A stretch of DNA of 64,000 bases, from contig CBFGKH010000007.1 in assembly GCA_965649295.1 (NCBI GenBank), positions 75,464-139,463 of the forward strand, in the 5' to 3' direction. A program made the position numbers and the translations under genes. Positions within the stretch are counted from its first letter, which is position 1. The number at the start of each line of letters is the position of its first letter. Below the pieces are notes generated by a model, which ran no database searches, had not been told where the DNA came from, and saw nothing but the letters and a program-made list of their open reading frames with translations. The stretch comes from a candidate division WOR-3 bacterium (GTDB lineage Bacteria; Hydrothermota; Tepidihabitantia; Tepidihabitantales; Tepidihabitantaceae). Below, in pieces: positions 1-9,816 of the stretch.

Positions 1-883
1 ACACGTCACCGGCAACATAGACTCCCGGTACACTCGTTTGCATATTCTCATCATGCCAAGCGACGATTCCGCCCAGTTCCGGCACGTGAACCATTCGACA
101 GCCAATCTGCCAGAGCAGCTCAGTCAGCGGTGTCAGGCCAACAGCCAGGCAGATTGTGTCAACGCGCAAACGGCGAGCGGTCCTGGGGATGGGTTGCATC
201 TGTGGACCGACTCGAGCAATAACAGCGCCGGTGACACGTTCCGTGCCCAATGCAGATACGATGGTGTGTGAGGTCAAAATTGGAACTCCGATGCGAGCCA
301 GCTTGGCGGCGTGGACATGGTAACCACCAATTTTGGGTAGCGCCTCGACGACCGCGGCAACGTTGATTCCGGCTTGGATTAGTTGATAAGATACGATGAG
401 TCCAATGTTTCCCGACCCTACCAGTAGTACACGCCTGCCTGGTCGTACACCATAGACATTCATCAGGGTCTGAACGGCACCAGCACCGTAGATGCCCGGC
501 AGGTCATTATTCGCGAAAAGTACGTTATTTTCGGCGGCGCCGGTAGCAACGACAACTTTCTCGTAATGGAGCGGTATCAGTCGGTCACTGGTGGCCAGTG
601 CCAGCACTTGCTGATCATAATGGCCAATGACCGAAGTTTGCGAAAGCAGTTCAATCTCAAGTTTCTTGGCTTCAGCAACGAGAATCGTGGCGATGTCCAT
701 TCCGCGAATACCGCAATATTGGTTTCTGTCGCCGAAGAACTTATGGGTCTGTTTGACCAACTGGCCACCAAGACGAGGAGCGTCATCTACGAGGACGACA
801 CTGACCCCAAGTCGGGCGGCGGCTATTGCCGCACAAATACCAGCTGGACCGCCGCCGACAATAGCGATAGCCGTAGATTTCAT
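1..883 (-). CDS. FAD/NAD(P)-binding oxidoreductase, HcnB / opine-oxidase subunit A / sarcosine-oxidase alpha-like. Partial: the 3' end runs off the window.
   Basis: Hand translation of the minus strand starting at the ATG at 883..881 gives MKSTAIAIVGGGPAGICAAIAAARLGVSVVLVDDAPRLGGQLVKQTHKFFG... This contains a GGGPAG dinucleotide-binding motif, and the frame stays open to position 1. It is absent from the ORF track because there is no stop codon inside the window. Start/stop overlap (ATGA) with the upstream 2Fe-2S gene. Confidence 0.7.
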   Translation of the reverse strand, partial: MKSTAIAIVGGGPAGICAAIAAARLGVSVVLVDDAPRLGGQLVKQTHKFFGDRNQYCGIRGMDIATILVAEAKKLEIELLSQTSVIGHYDQQVLALATSDRLIPLHYEKVVVATGAAENNVLFANNDLPGIYGAGAVQTLMNVYGVRPGRRVLLVGSGNIGLIVSYQLIQAGINVAAVVEALPKIGGYHVHAAKLARIGVPILTSHTIVSALGTERVTGAVIARVGPQMQPIPRTARRLRVDTICLAVGLTPLTELLWQIGCRMVHVPELGGIVAWHDENMQTSVPGVYVAGDV

Positions 884-1197
884 AGTAGCTTGCCTCTGCC
901 GGATTGGCGTTCCACGCGCATTCCTGGGCGCAGCAACTCCACGCAAACCATGACGTTGGGCCGACCATCAACGACCATTAGACAGGAGGCGCACTTGCCA
1001 ACTGCGCAAAAAAAGCCTCGGGGTCGTTTGCGGCGCTCGGCGTGGCGAAAGACATCGATACCATTGGCCACTAGCGCGGCAGCGATAGTGTCACCGGACA
1101 GTCCCTGCAACTTCTTTCCTTCAAAGTAGAACTCAATAGTCTGCGAGCGTTCAAACTTCAGGATTGGATGGATACTAATTCGACGCGTTTCCGCCAT
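880..1197 (-). CDS. (2Fe-2S)-binding protein, HcnA / sarcosine-oxidase alpha N-terminal-like
   Basis: 105 aa with the Cys cluster FFCAVGKCASCLMVVDGRPNVMVC, typical of the small 2Fe-2S subunit that pairs with HcnB-type flavoproteins. Translationally coupled to the downstream oxidoreductase. Confidence 0.6.
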   Translation of the reverse strand: MAETRRISIHPILKFERSQTIEFYFEGKKLQGLSGDTIAAALVANGIDVFRHAERRKRPRGFFCAVGKCASCLMVVDGRPNVMVCVELLRPGMRVERQSGRGKLL

Positions 1198-1203
1198 ATC
1201 TTC

Positions 1204-1983
1204 TTAGTTGCTCTCTAAATAGCGCAGAGCATTAACGAAAATAGATACACCGTCGATCCTACTGGGGCGCAATCGGTGCCAGCGTGGGTGATGTTCGGGG
1301 CGAATAAACCGCTCTGGATGTGGCATTAGTCCGAAGATACGACCAGTAGGGTCACAAATGCCGGCGATTCCCAGTACTGAACCATTTGGATTGTCGGGAT
1401 AGCGAGCCGGTTGGCCCTCAGCCGTGACGTAGCGCAAAACAATCTGGCGGTTAGTCTGCAATCTACGCAAAACTTCCGGGGTCTTGGTTACAAATTTCCC
1501 TTCAGCGTGGGCAACAGGCAACTCCAGCGGACCCTCCAGGCCGAGGGTGAAAACACACGGTGATGGGTCAACGGCAACGTTAACCCATCGATCTTCGTAA
1601 CGGCCGGAGTCATTAGCGTCGAGCGTCGCGGTCTGTGGTTCGAACAGACCATCGAAGGCGGGCAACATTCCTGCCTTTACCAGTACCTGAAAACCGTTAC
1701 AGATGCCGAGTATCAACCGACCATCCTCGACGAAGCGGGTGAGTTGTGGACGGAGTCGTTCCTTCAGTTCCGTCGCGAGAATTCTGCCTGACGCAACGTA
1801 GTCGCCATAAGAGAAACCACCTGGGATCACCAGTAGCTTGTAGCCGTCGAGCGGTCTCCTACCATCGAGGAGCTGATTAATGTGGACGATGTCAACACGG
1901 GCGCCAGCAGTCTCAAGCGCCAGCCTGGTTTCGTGTTCGCAGTTCGTCCCGGCGGCAAAGAGAACGCAGGCTGTGACAGCCAT
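1204..1983 (-). CDS. purQ: phosphoribosylformylglycinamidine synthase subunit PurQ (glutamine amidotransferase)
   Basis: 259 aa. Class-I GATase triad context: GGFSYGDY, ICNGFQ, HPER. Overall PurQ-like layout. Confidence 0.85.
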   Translation of the reverse strand: MAVTACVLFAAGTNCEHETRLALETAGARVDIVHINQLLDGRRPLDGYKLLVIPGGFSYGDYVASGRILATELKERLRPQLTRFVEDGRLILGICNGFQVLVKAGMLPAFDGLFEPQTATLDANDSGRYEDRWVNVAVDPSPCVFTLGLEGPLELPVAHAEGKFVTKTPEVLRRLQTNRQIVLRYVTAEGQPARYPDNPNGSVLGIAGICDPTGRIFGLMPHPERFIRPEHHPRWHRLRPSRIDGVSIFVNALRYLESN

Positions 1984-2140
1984 CGGCAGTCAGCTTAGCC
2001 CGGTGTCTTGGGCTGTCAAGCAGATAACTCCTTCTTGGGCCCGAGATCCGCTAATGCCTGTGCGCCGGTTTCTTCTTTCGACCGAATAGCACTCTCCGGC
2101 GGGTTCACGGGCGTTGCGACGACCGAGGTGGAATGGCAAG

Positions 2141-3511
2141 TCAGCGGCTGAGTCGAGGCGACCAAGAAGGAGAGAAGGCCCCCCCGATGTTAGTAACGCG
2201 TCGTTGATTTGTTCCGTTCCAGTCCATTGTGTAGAGTTCGTTTGTCCCGCTCCGCTGTGATACATACGCGATATGCAAACCGTCCGGCGACCACGTCGGG
2301 TCCTCGTTGTTACTACCGCCGGTAAGGCGCATGTAGGTGTCGCCCATGATGTTGGTAACACAGATCTGATTGCTGCCGCCGGGTTGGCGTTGAACAAAGG
2401 CAATGAGGTCGCCACGTGGCGACCAGGCAGGTGACGTGTTGTAGCTGCCTTCGAATGTGAGACGACGAAGACCGGTGCCGTCGGCGTTCATGACGTATAT
2501 CTGAGGGGAGCCGGTTCGATCTGAGACGAATGCAAGCTGACGGCCGTTAGGCGCCCAGCAGGGAGAGATATCGATACCTGGACTGTGGGTCAGACGCCGC
2601 AGATTGCGTCCGTCCGAATCAACAAGGTAGATTTCTGGCTGGCCCTCGAAGCTTAGAGAAATGGCGATGGTGCGGCCATCAGGCGACCAGGCTGGGGTAG
2701 TGTTCAGACCGGGACGGTCAGATACCAATGTCACTTTCCGCGAACCTAGTTCAAGACAATAGGTGTTGAGCGTGGTTCTACCGTAAGCGCTATAGCAGAT
2801 GCGATTGCCGTCTGGGGACCAGTCTGGATAGAGTTTCAACCCGCCGGAGGTTGTGAGCTGGACCATGTTGGCGCCGTCGTAGTCAACAACTGCCAGTTCT
2901 TTTGTCTCGCGATCGAACTGGCGGGAGAAGACGATCCGCGTACGGCTGACGCCTTCTTCGCCGGTAAGGAGTTTGATAACCTCGTCGGCCATCGTATGGG
3001 CAACCCAACGATGGTTACCCTCGAGGCTGAATTCCTTGGTGGCGATCAGCCGGCTCATTTCGAGGTCGTAGAGCCGAAGTGTAATGCCTGTGCCGCTGCG
3101 GCGCGGCACGATCTCGCCAGCAATGAGGACTTGGGCGCCGGTACTGCTCCAGCCTTTCAAGTCGGGTTTACGTGGATCGGTCGAGAAGGTGAAACGCCGT
3201 CCGGATTCTGGTTCCTGAAATGTGAAGTGGAGCGAAAACTTCAGGTCGGCGGTGAAGACTTCCTGGACCTCGCGGCCAGTTGCCGCGACGGTTGCGCTGA
3301 CATTCTTGGCGGCGTTGAAGTCAGCAATGACTAGGTCGAGTTTTTTGCGGCCACCACTAGATGTTAGCTTGAGCCAGAGTTCTTCAGCAGGGATGCCGAT
3401 GTCAGCCGGCGGAGCTGGGGTTAGAGTCGGTTGCTGGGCTGCAGCAATGGTGGTGACGGTCAGTAACAGTGGTAAGAAGAACAAACGAGAAAAACCGAGT
3501 CTCGGGGACAC
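2141..3511 (-). CDS. TolB-like periplasmic beta-propeller protein (PD40/WD40-like repeats)
   Basis: 456 aa with an N-terminal signal peptide. Repeated WSPDG / SPDG blade motifs (WSPDGNRI, WSPDGRTI, WAPNGRQL, WSPRGDLI, WSPDGLHI). Last gene of a 5-gene operon. Confidence 0.7.
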   Translation of the reverse strand: MSPRLGFSRLFFLPLLLTVTTIAAAQQPTLTPAPPADIGIPAEELWLKLTSSGGRKKLDLVIADFNAAKNVSATVAATGREVQEVFTADLKFSLHFTFQEPESGRRFTFSTDPRKPDLKGWSSTGAQVLIAGEIVPRRSGTGITLRLYDLEMSRLIATKEFSLEGNHRWVAHTMADEVIKLLTGEEGVSRTRIVFSRQFDRETKELAVVDYDGANMVQLTTSGGLKLYPDWSPDGNRICYSAYGRTTLNTYCLELGSRKVTLVSDRPGLNTTPAWSPDGRTIAISLSFEGQPEIYLVDSDGRNLRRLTHSPGIDISPCWAPNGRQLAFVSDRTGSPQIYVMNADGTGLRRLTFEGSYNTSPAWSPRGDLIAFVQRQPGGSNQICVTNIMGDTYMRLTGGSNNEDPTWSPDGLHIAYVSQRSGTNELYTMDWNGTNQRRVTNIGGAFSPSWSPRLSR

Positions 3512-3519
3512 GTGTGGTA

Positions 3520-4269
3520 TCAGCGAATAACCGGGAGCCAGTCGTGGAGCAGGAAATAGAAACGGCCAATGAGTAGTGAAATGCGGGCCATCACGGTGTA
3601 GCCGAATGATGCCCCGAATGCTACCATGATGAAGACAATGCCGATGCGCGAGGCAACACCGAGTGCGCCCTTATGTTCCTTCGAAAAATAGAAGTAGAAC
3701 AGCGTCGTTATGACACCGACAAAGACCACAATGTTGTTGACCGTTACCAGCGGGCGCAGAGTATCTGAGACCTGGGGCAACAGATAGCCCTGAATAGTTG
3801 CAACAAGCCCTAACCCTGAGCCAATGCCGACTGTGAAGGCGATCGGCCACCGCGAAATCCAATCGATACGCGGATTGACCAATGTTGGTACAAACATCAG
3901 AATGCACATACCGGCCAGGACAAGCAGTATCCAACTGAACTGGTGAAAGATGAGCATAAGGACTGAAAGGGCAGCAAGGGCGGGCAAGGTGAGGTTCGAG
4001 CGCGAGAGCATCAGCACACCGAGCGCTGCTGGTATCAGCAGGATCCAGGCTTCAACTGGATTGTGACTTGTAAGGTTGGTTTCGAAGCGTTCGACGAGCA
4101 TCGGATAGACATCAAATGCCCAGGCATAGATGATTGCAAAACCGGCTGATGTTCCAACATAGACATGCTCGGCCGCTTTGTAGAGGGGGTTGTCCTTATA
4201 TAGAAAGGAGAGAATACCGATGGTCAGCGTGGCTGCGACCCAGGTGCCAATGAGACTGAGCAGCATCAT
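3520..4269 (-). CDS. polytopic membrane protein, unknown function
   Basis: The ORF-track ORF 3520..4491 is trimmed to the Met at MMLLSLIG, whose ATG (4269..4267) overlaps the upstream stop (ATGA). Multiple hydrophobic helices follow. Confidence 0.5.
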   Translation of the reverse strand: MMLLSLIGTWVAATLTIGILSFLYKDNPLYKAAEHVYVGTSAGFAIIYAWAFDVYPMLVERFETNLTSHNPVEAWILLIPAALGVLMLSRSNLTLPALAALSVLMLIFHQFSWILLVLAGMCILMFVPTLVNPRIDWISRWPIAFTVGIGSGLGLVATIQGYLLPQVSDTLRPLVTVNNIVVFVGVITTLFYFYFSKEHKGALGVASRIGIVFIMVAFGASFGYTVMARISLLIGRFYFLLHDWLPVIR

Positions 4270-5087
4270 TTGTTCCTTCGGCGCGAGAGAATATAGCCGA
4301 GATTGCCGGCAATCAGGAGAATGATGATGAGACCATGGGCAGCAGATTGAGCCGGCATGCCGAGTGTGGCAGAGCCGGGTCGCTGAACTAGGGCCTCGTA
4401 TTCGGAAGCTCCTTGGAGGCCGCCAATCAGGCCGCGTATCTGGCCGGAGCGCAGATACTGGTAGAGATTCGGTGCATTGACACCTGTGCAACCGACAATG
4501 ATCGCCTGATTATAGCGGCCGCCAGCATATTGAATCCAGGCGTCGGCAACCGCCCCGTGCGCAAGGGAGACTAGCAGGTTGATGTCACGGTAGGTGTGTA
4601 CTGAGCGCATGAATTCGAAGGAATCGATCGGTACTCCACGGTAGTCCGTGTTGAAGTAGTCGCGAAGTTCACGGCCGATGCCGACCATCATTGCGGTGTA
4701 GCCTGGTCGATATCCTAGGTTGACGTAGTCCACACCGTAGGTCTTACCCAAATGCGGTGCAACTTGATTGAGCGCTATTTCGGCCAGAGGCAGACCAAGG
4801 GCAAGCTGGCCGGAGACGATAACCCGGATGCCTTTGCTAAAGGCATGAATCAGCAGGGCGACGAGCATTGGTTGGACCTCAGGAGCGGACGACGGGTCAA
4901 AGTCGATTGAAATCATCATGACCGAACCTGGAGCAAGACTGTCAACTGCCTGGAACGCGCTGCGCACCGGTTCAGAGATACGGACTGTGGTGCGTGGTTT
5001 GATTATTAGCGGCAGGGCCACGGCGATCGAGAGAAGCAGATACAGGATACGGCGATCAACTGCAGCCAAGCGTTGCCAGACGTTCAT
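4266..5087 (-). CDS. bitopic membrane protein with a central soluble domain, unknown function
   Basis: 273 aa. N-terminal transmembrane helix (ILYLLLSIAVALPLII), a soluble middle, and a C-terminal transmembrane helix (LIIILLIAGNLGYIL). Start and stop overlap the neighbouring genes. Confidence 0.5.
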   Translation of the reverse strand: MNVWQRLAAVDRRILYLLLSIAVALPLIIKPRTTVRISEPVRSAFQAVDSLAPGSVMMISIDFDPSSAPEVQPMLVALLIHAFSKGIRVIVSGQLALGLPLAEIALNQVAPHLGKTYGVDYVNLGYRPGYTAMMVGIGRELRDYFNTDYRGVPIDSFEFMRSVHTYRDINLLVSLAHGAVADAWIQYAGGRYNQAIIVGCTGVNAPNLYQYLRSGQIRGLIGGLQGASEYEALVQRPGSATLGMPAQSAAHGLIIILLIAGNLGYILSRRRNK

Positions 5088-5090
5088 GGT

Positions 5091-5795
5091 CTATGACAGG
5101 TAGGTTCTTTCAATGCCGAGGATGATGCGGAGTGACATTGCCATTCCGCCGAGCGCGAGCCCAATATTGATACCGCGAGCGGCGGCAGCCTGGGGAACGG
5201 CCATTAGCCAATCTTTGACAGCGGCCAAGCCCTCCAGGCGGCCGAATGCTGCAGGGTCGAGTCCTGGCCAGACCAGATGAACAAAGGAGCCTATTGCCCG
5301 CCAGACTGTTCCGCCGAGGGGTACATTGCCCATCATTACTAGACAGGCGGCACATAGCAACAGAGTAGCTGCGAAATTGCGTATGCGGAAGGCTCGATAG
5401 GCGGCTGAGACAATGAAAAAGGCTAGGCTCGCGAACATCGTCGATTGCAGTGGGATAATCATATAAGTGTAGAGCCACATGAATGGAGCGCGTAGGTCGA
5501 AGGGCGTGCGGAATCGAAACCAGGAGTAGAGGCCGAGTCCAACCGTGGCGACCAGTGATAGAATGAGTAGCAAGCTGTAGAACCAGTTTGGCGAACGACG
5601 CCACACTTGCAGCAGATGATGGCGCGTCAGCGAGTCAAGGCCGAGCAGTAGCGTGAACCCAGCAACGATTGTGTACCAGTTCAGGAACCGTGATTCGAGA
5701 TCACCGAACGGTCGGTGAGGAATGAAAAAGGCGACTATCAAAATGAGTGCGGTCAGGAAGACAATCGCCAGCGGGATACTGCGTCGTAACATCAC
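5091..5795 (-). CDS. polytopic membrane protein, unknown function
   Basis: 234 aa, about 6 predicted hydrophobic helices. Its start coincides with the stop of the upstream gene at 5795. Confidence 0.5.
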   Translation of the reverse strand: MMLRRSIPLAIVFLTALILIVAFFIPHRPFGDLESRFLNWYTIVAGFTLLLGLDSLTRHHLLQVWRRSPNWFYSLLLILSLVATVGLGLYSWFRFRTPFDLRAPFMWLYTYMIIPLQSTMFASLAFFIVSAAYRAFRIRNFAATLLLCAACLVMMGNVPLGGTVWRAIGSFVHLVWPGLDPAAFGRLEGLAAVKDWLMAVPQAAAARGINIGLALGGMAMSLRIILGIERTYLS

Positions 5796-6934
5796 TAGTA
5801 AGCGGGTGTTGCCCAGGTAACCAGCCTTTCGAACGCCGTGGCCAGAAATGGCACGCGGTGCCCTAGTAGAGTGTCGATCGTCCCGATCAGAACGACCAGT
5901 CCGATGAACACAATCAGCCAGAGTCGAATGAAGTCTTCACCCTTGAGCGAACCTAGCATCACCGGTTCGGGGCGAAGATAGCATGACGCAGCATAGATTT
6001 CTTCACCGATCATCGTGTAATCACAGGCCGCCACGAAGAACGGTAGCTGGGTGGTCTCAGTGGTTCCAGCGAGCTGGATTGCGCCAACCGAATGGCCGGT
6101 TTCGGCCATTATCAGCGATTCGGCATAGAAGTAGCCGAGCCAAAAGATGGCTCCTGGCTTCTCGCGGAGAATGATTCCATCAACACCAGCAGCGTAACCG
6201 AACTGGTCAGAAGTAAGGAAGCTAATGTTATCCGGATTGTAGAAGTCGGGACGACCGGTTTCGGTGTATGCTTCTTTGACAGTCTCTTGGGCAGCTGACA
6301 TCACGATTGGATCAGAATTAGGTACAAGCAGTCGGGTTGAGTATTCTGCAGACTTCCGAGCGATTTTGCGCAGGAGGGGGAGAGCCGCCACGACGACAAT
6401 GTCAGTGATATAGCCAAGGCCGAAAGAGAAGAGTATCGGTCTGCCCATTTCGGTTGCCCGGCCGAGCGCGTCGTCGATTGCATCGAGTCCGGCGATCTTG
6501 CGAACGTACATCTTGACACCACGGCGAGCGCGTTGAATGTAGAGGATGAAGATGGCGCTGATGACCACTGCCGCTACAAGGATGTTCACGCGGGCAGTGT
6601 TGAACCACTGGGCACTGCTTTGGACCGGTCCGAAGACTGCGCTGCGAGCAGTGTCAGTAGCGTAGCAGGCGTCCACAGCGTAGTAGTAGTCCGTGTGGTT
6701 CGCTACGTTGTTATCAGCGAACTCGGTGTTTGTTGCCGGTTCAGTTCCGACGACGACGAATCCCGTGTCAGGAGACTGCGAGCGGAGGACACGGTAGCCG
6801 AGTACTGGATTAGAATCTTCTGGTGGGGTCCAGCTGATGATTATCGAATTGCCCTGATCATTGGGGTTGTCGGTAGCGACAACATTGGCAGGCGGTAGTG
6901 CCGCTAGAATGGCGAGTAGCGAGAGAAGTGTCAT
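5795..6934 (-). CDS. membrane protein with N-terminal extracytoplasmic fibronectin-III-like domain
   Basis: 379 aa. Signal peptide, then an FN3-like segment (IISWTPPEDSNPVLGYRVLRSQSPDTGF...TDYYYAV), one transmembrane helix (VNILVAAVVISAIFILYI), a large domain, and a C-terminal transmembrane helix. First gene of the operon. Confidence 0.5.
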   Translation of the reverse strand: MTLLSLLAILAALPPANVVATDNPNDQGNSIIISWTPPEDSNPVLGYRVLRSQSPDTGFVVVGTEPATNTEFADNNVANHTDYYYAVDACYATDTARSAVFGPVQSSAQWFNTARVNILVAAVVISAIFILYIQRARRGVKMYVRKIAGLDAIDDALGRATEMGRPILFSFGLGYITDIVVVAALPLLRKIARKSAEYSTRLLVPNSDPIVMSAAQETVKEAYTETGRPDFYNPDNISFLTSDQFGYAAGVDGIILREKPGAIFWLGYFYAESLIMAETGHSVGAIQLAGTTETTQLPFFVAACDYTMIGEEIYAASCYLRPEPVMLGSLKGEDFIRLWLIVFIGLVVLIGTIDTLLGHRVPFLATAFERLVTWATPAY

Positions 6935-7033
6935 CGATATGCGAGGCGGTAAAGAGTAGCAGCGAATGGCGAACTGTCAAACACCGCTCGCGGCTGGGTT
7001 GTTGACAGGTCGGCGGCATGGCCATATGTTACC

Positions 7034-7849
7034 TTGATGGCCGAACATGATTTTGCAACTCAATCGCGCAAACCGTTGGTGGTTGGATCAGCAGGTGCAG
7101 ATCGCCTTGAAACAGAGCAACTGGTGTTTCGTCCTGACCCGGTGAGGACAGTAGTCATTGCCCGGTTACGACTTTTGCTGCTTGGCCTTGCCGTGCTGAT
7201 GCTCGTCATTACCATGGTTATACTCGTCGGTTACCGACCCCGCTACTCGGTTCGAACGCTTGCGGTAGGCGGTGATTCGGCGCCAGCTCCTGCATTCGTT
7301 TCTGCACCACTTCAATCTTTCAAGTCTGAGCAAGTTGTCCCGATCAATGACCGGTTTGCCGCTGTCCGGGTTGCCTTATGTAGCATTGACTCGACGGCGG
7401 CATTGGTTGAAGACCGCTGGCTTCGTACTAGAACCATGTTGCCTGCCAGTGAGCAGGACAGCGTTGGCGTGCATTCAGTTCTACCCGTGGTCCGTCGCGC
7501 GGCGATTCTGATCGACAGCACCGTCGTTGACGCTGTTCGACTGCGGCAGAATCTTGCGTTGATACGTACTGCGGTCGATCGGGCAGATGGCAACGACGCA
7601 TACAATCTCAGTCTAGTGTATGCCGCAGCTGGCCGCTACGTTGAAGCGGTAATCGGCCGTGACGCCGAACGCCGGTTTCACGTGGCAGCCATCGAGCAAG
7701 CGTTCCATTCGCTGGCCGCAGGTGATGTCGGCGATTACGATGTCAAGCTCGACGTTGCCAATAGTTACCGCTATCGAGCCGACAATCGTCAACGAATGAT
7801 TCAGCGATTGGCCCAGCAGCTCTCGGAAGCGGCCGGAAGGTTGCAGTGA
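7034..7849 (+). CDS. hypothetical membrane-anchored protein
   Basis: 271 aa with one transmembrane helix (LLLLGLAVLMLVITMVILV). No recognisable motif. Overlaps the next gene by 4 nt. Confidence 0.4.
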   Translation: MMAEHDFATQSRKPLVVGSAGADRLETEQLVFRPDPVRTVVIARLRLLLLGLAVLMLVITMVILVGYRPRYSVRTLAVGGDSAPAPAFVSAPLQSFKSEQVVPINDRFAAVRVALCSIDSTAALVEDRWLRTRTMLPASEQDSVGVHSVLPVVRRAAILIDSTVVDAVRLRQNLALIRTAVDRADGNDAYNLSLVYAAAGRYVEAVIGRDAERRFHVAAIEQAFHSLAAGDVGDYDVKLDVANSYRYRADNRQRMIQRLAQQLSEAAGRLQ

Positions 7850-8565
7850 GGGTCGGGCATCTGTTAGTTGGTGGCTTGGGGGTGCTGCTGCTTGTGATTG
7901 GCTGCGATTCAAGTGCCATGCGTCCAGGGGCTGTGCGGGGGAGCGTAATTTTGGGCTGCTGCGAATCGACTGATGTTCGGGGTAGTGTAGTTGAACTGCG
8001 GCGGACGGCGGATATTGTTGACCCGCCAGCCTACAGCGTACATGTGGGTTCTTCAGACCGTTTCTGGCGGGCGGACTTCATGATTATTGGAGTCGAGCCT
8101 GATTCCTACCACGTTCTGGTCTGGAAGGACGATGATGGGGATGAGACTATCAGTGATGGTGATCACGTTGGGGTACACCTTGGAGTCTATGCCCGTAATC
8201 AGCTTGGTTCAAAGTTGCTGGTCACACGGGCAGAAACAGTTGATGTCGGTGGGATTGAATTGAGGCGGCTGTGGCAATTGGCCGTCAGAGCTTGGGGAGA
8301 GAGGCAAGATACGGGCCGAGGGGTCCGATTTGGGTATCAATTCAATCATGACTGCGATCTGCAACTGCTGACAATCGGTTTTCCGAGCGGGGAGACACTG
8401 CCGGACTTCGGCTCGGTCGGTCCCCGGCTTGCTGATTCGATCTATGTGACAGCGACCTGGCGAGCTGGTGGCCAGGTGATGCCACGTGGTTGGTACGGAC
8501 TTGTATTTCGAGGCCGGTTCCGTCATCAGAGCTTCGTTCGCGCAGCTGCTGTGTTTGTCGAGTAG
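7846..8565 (+). CDS. hypothetical lipoprotein
   Basis: 239 aa. Signal peptide with lipobox LLVIGC. Acidic D-rich stretch. Confidence 0.4.
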   Translation: MRVGHLLVGGLGVLLLVIGCDSSAMRPGAVRGSVILGCCESTDVRGSVVELRRTADIVDPPAYSVHVGSSDRFWRADFMIIGVEPDSYHVLVWKDDDGDETISDGDHVGVHLGVYARNQLGSKLLVTRAETVDVGGIELRRLWQLAVRAWGERQDTGRGVRFGYQFNHDCDLQLLTIGFPSGETLPDFGSVGPRLADSIYVTATWRAGGQVMPRGWYGLVFRGRFRHQSFVRAAAVFVE

Positions 8566-8613
8566 GCCAAGTCTGCTTGACCGTGTCTTATCCGACTGTA
8601 TTATCGTGATGTC

Positions 8614-9816
8614 GTGAAACTCATCGAACAACTGGCGATTCAGACCGACTCAAAGATACTGCTGGTTGTATTGGATGGCCTTGGTGGTGTTCCACTTAGG
8701 GACAAAACCGAACTCGAGGCAGCCTGGAACCCGAATCTGAATGCGCTTGCGGCGCGGTCTGGCCTTGGCCTGCTAACGCCAATCGAGCCAGGTATCACGC
8801 CGGGCTCCGGACCAGCCCACCTTGCTCTCTTCGGCTACGATCCAATTGAGTATCAGGTCGGTAGGGGTGTGCTTGAAGCTTTGGGGGTTGGTCTCGAACT
8901 TGGTCCCGGAGATATCTGTTGCCGGGCCAATTTTGCTACGGTCGCAGCAAATGGCGTTATCAAAGATCGGCGGGCAGGCAGGATTGCCACAGATGAAAGT
9001 GCCGAGCTCTGTGAGCGGTTGCAGGCTGCTATTCCGCGAATTGGTGATGTTGAAGTGATAGTCCGTCCAGGCCGGGAGCATCGTTTTGTGGTTGTTTTCC
9101 GAGGCGATGGTCTTGCTGATGGCCTCAGTGAGTCTGACCCATTGCACGAAGGTGTGCCTGCTCTGCTAGTCCGACCGCTAGCAGCGGATGCCGAAAAATC
9201 CGCACGTGTCGCTAATGAGTTCATAAGCAGGGCAGCGACAGTATTGAAAGGCGAGGAGCGAGCTAACTTCGTTCTGTTGCGTGGCTTGGCGCGGCTACCC
9301 AAAATGCCAACGATGACAGAGCGGTTTCGGCTCAACCCGGCGTGTTCGGCAGTTTACCCGATGTATCGTGGTCTAGCTCGTCTTGTCGGTATGCGCGTGC
9401 TCGACGCTGGCCAGACCTGGGATTCGACTGTTGTGGCTGTTCGTGAACACAGAGATGAACACGACTTTTTTTTCATGCACTTCAAGGAGTTCGACAAGGC
9501 TGGTGAGGATGGAAACTTTGAGCTCAAACAGGAGCTAATAGAACGTTTTGATGAAGAGATTGTCCCCCAACTGCTTGACCTGAAGTTTGATGTCCTCTGT
9601 ATCACTGGCGATCATTCGACACCGGCAGTACTGCGTGGTCATTCGTGGCATCCGGTCCCGCTGTTGCTTTCTTCACGTTACTGCCGTTCCCAGTTGCGTG
9701 TCGAGGAGTTTGGTGAGCAGGCCTGCGCGCGTGGTATTATTGGGCACATACCCTCAAAGACGCTGATGAACCTCCTGCTGGCCCACGCTGGCAAGCTGGC
9801 CAAGTTTGGAGCTTGA
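8614..9816 (+). CDS. apgM: 2,3-bisphosphoglycerate-independent phosphoglycerate mutase, archaeal type (ApgM)
   Basis: 400 aa, GTG start. N-terminal LLVVLDGLGGVP...PGSGPAHLALFGYDP...GRGVLEALGVGLEL.PGDICCRANFATV matches the ApgM / alkaline-phosphatase-superfamily metalloenzyme signature. Confidence 0.85.
   Translation: MKLIEQLAIQTDSKILLVVLDGLGGVPLRDKTELEAAWNPNLNALAARSGLGLLTPIEPGITPGSGPAHLALFGYDPIEYQVGRGVLEALGVGLELGPGDICCRANFATVAANGVIKDRRAGRIATDESAELCERLQAAIPRIGDVEVIVRPGREHRFVVVFRGDGLADGLSESDPLHEGVPALLVRPLAADAEKSARVANEFISRAATVLKGEERANFVLLRGLARLPKMPTMTERFRLNPACSAVYPMYRGLARLVGMRVLDAGQTWDSTVVAVREHRDEHDFFFMHFKEFDKAGEDGNFELKQELIERFDEEIVPQLLDLKFDVLCITGDHSTPAVLRGHSWHPVPLLLSSRYCRSQLRVEEFGEQACARGIIGHIPSKTLMNLLLAHAGKLAKFGA

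Noticed and set aside
566-1129. Plus-strand ORFs 566..1129 and 627..953 from the track
   Set aside because: The minus strand here encodes the FAD-oxidoreductase (GGGPAG motif) and the 2Fe-2S protein. The plus-strand ORFs are antisense artefacts.
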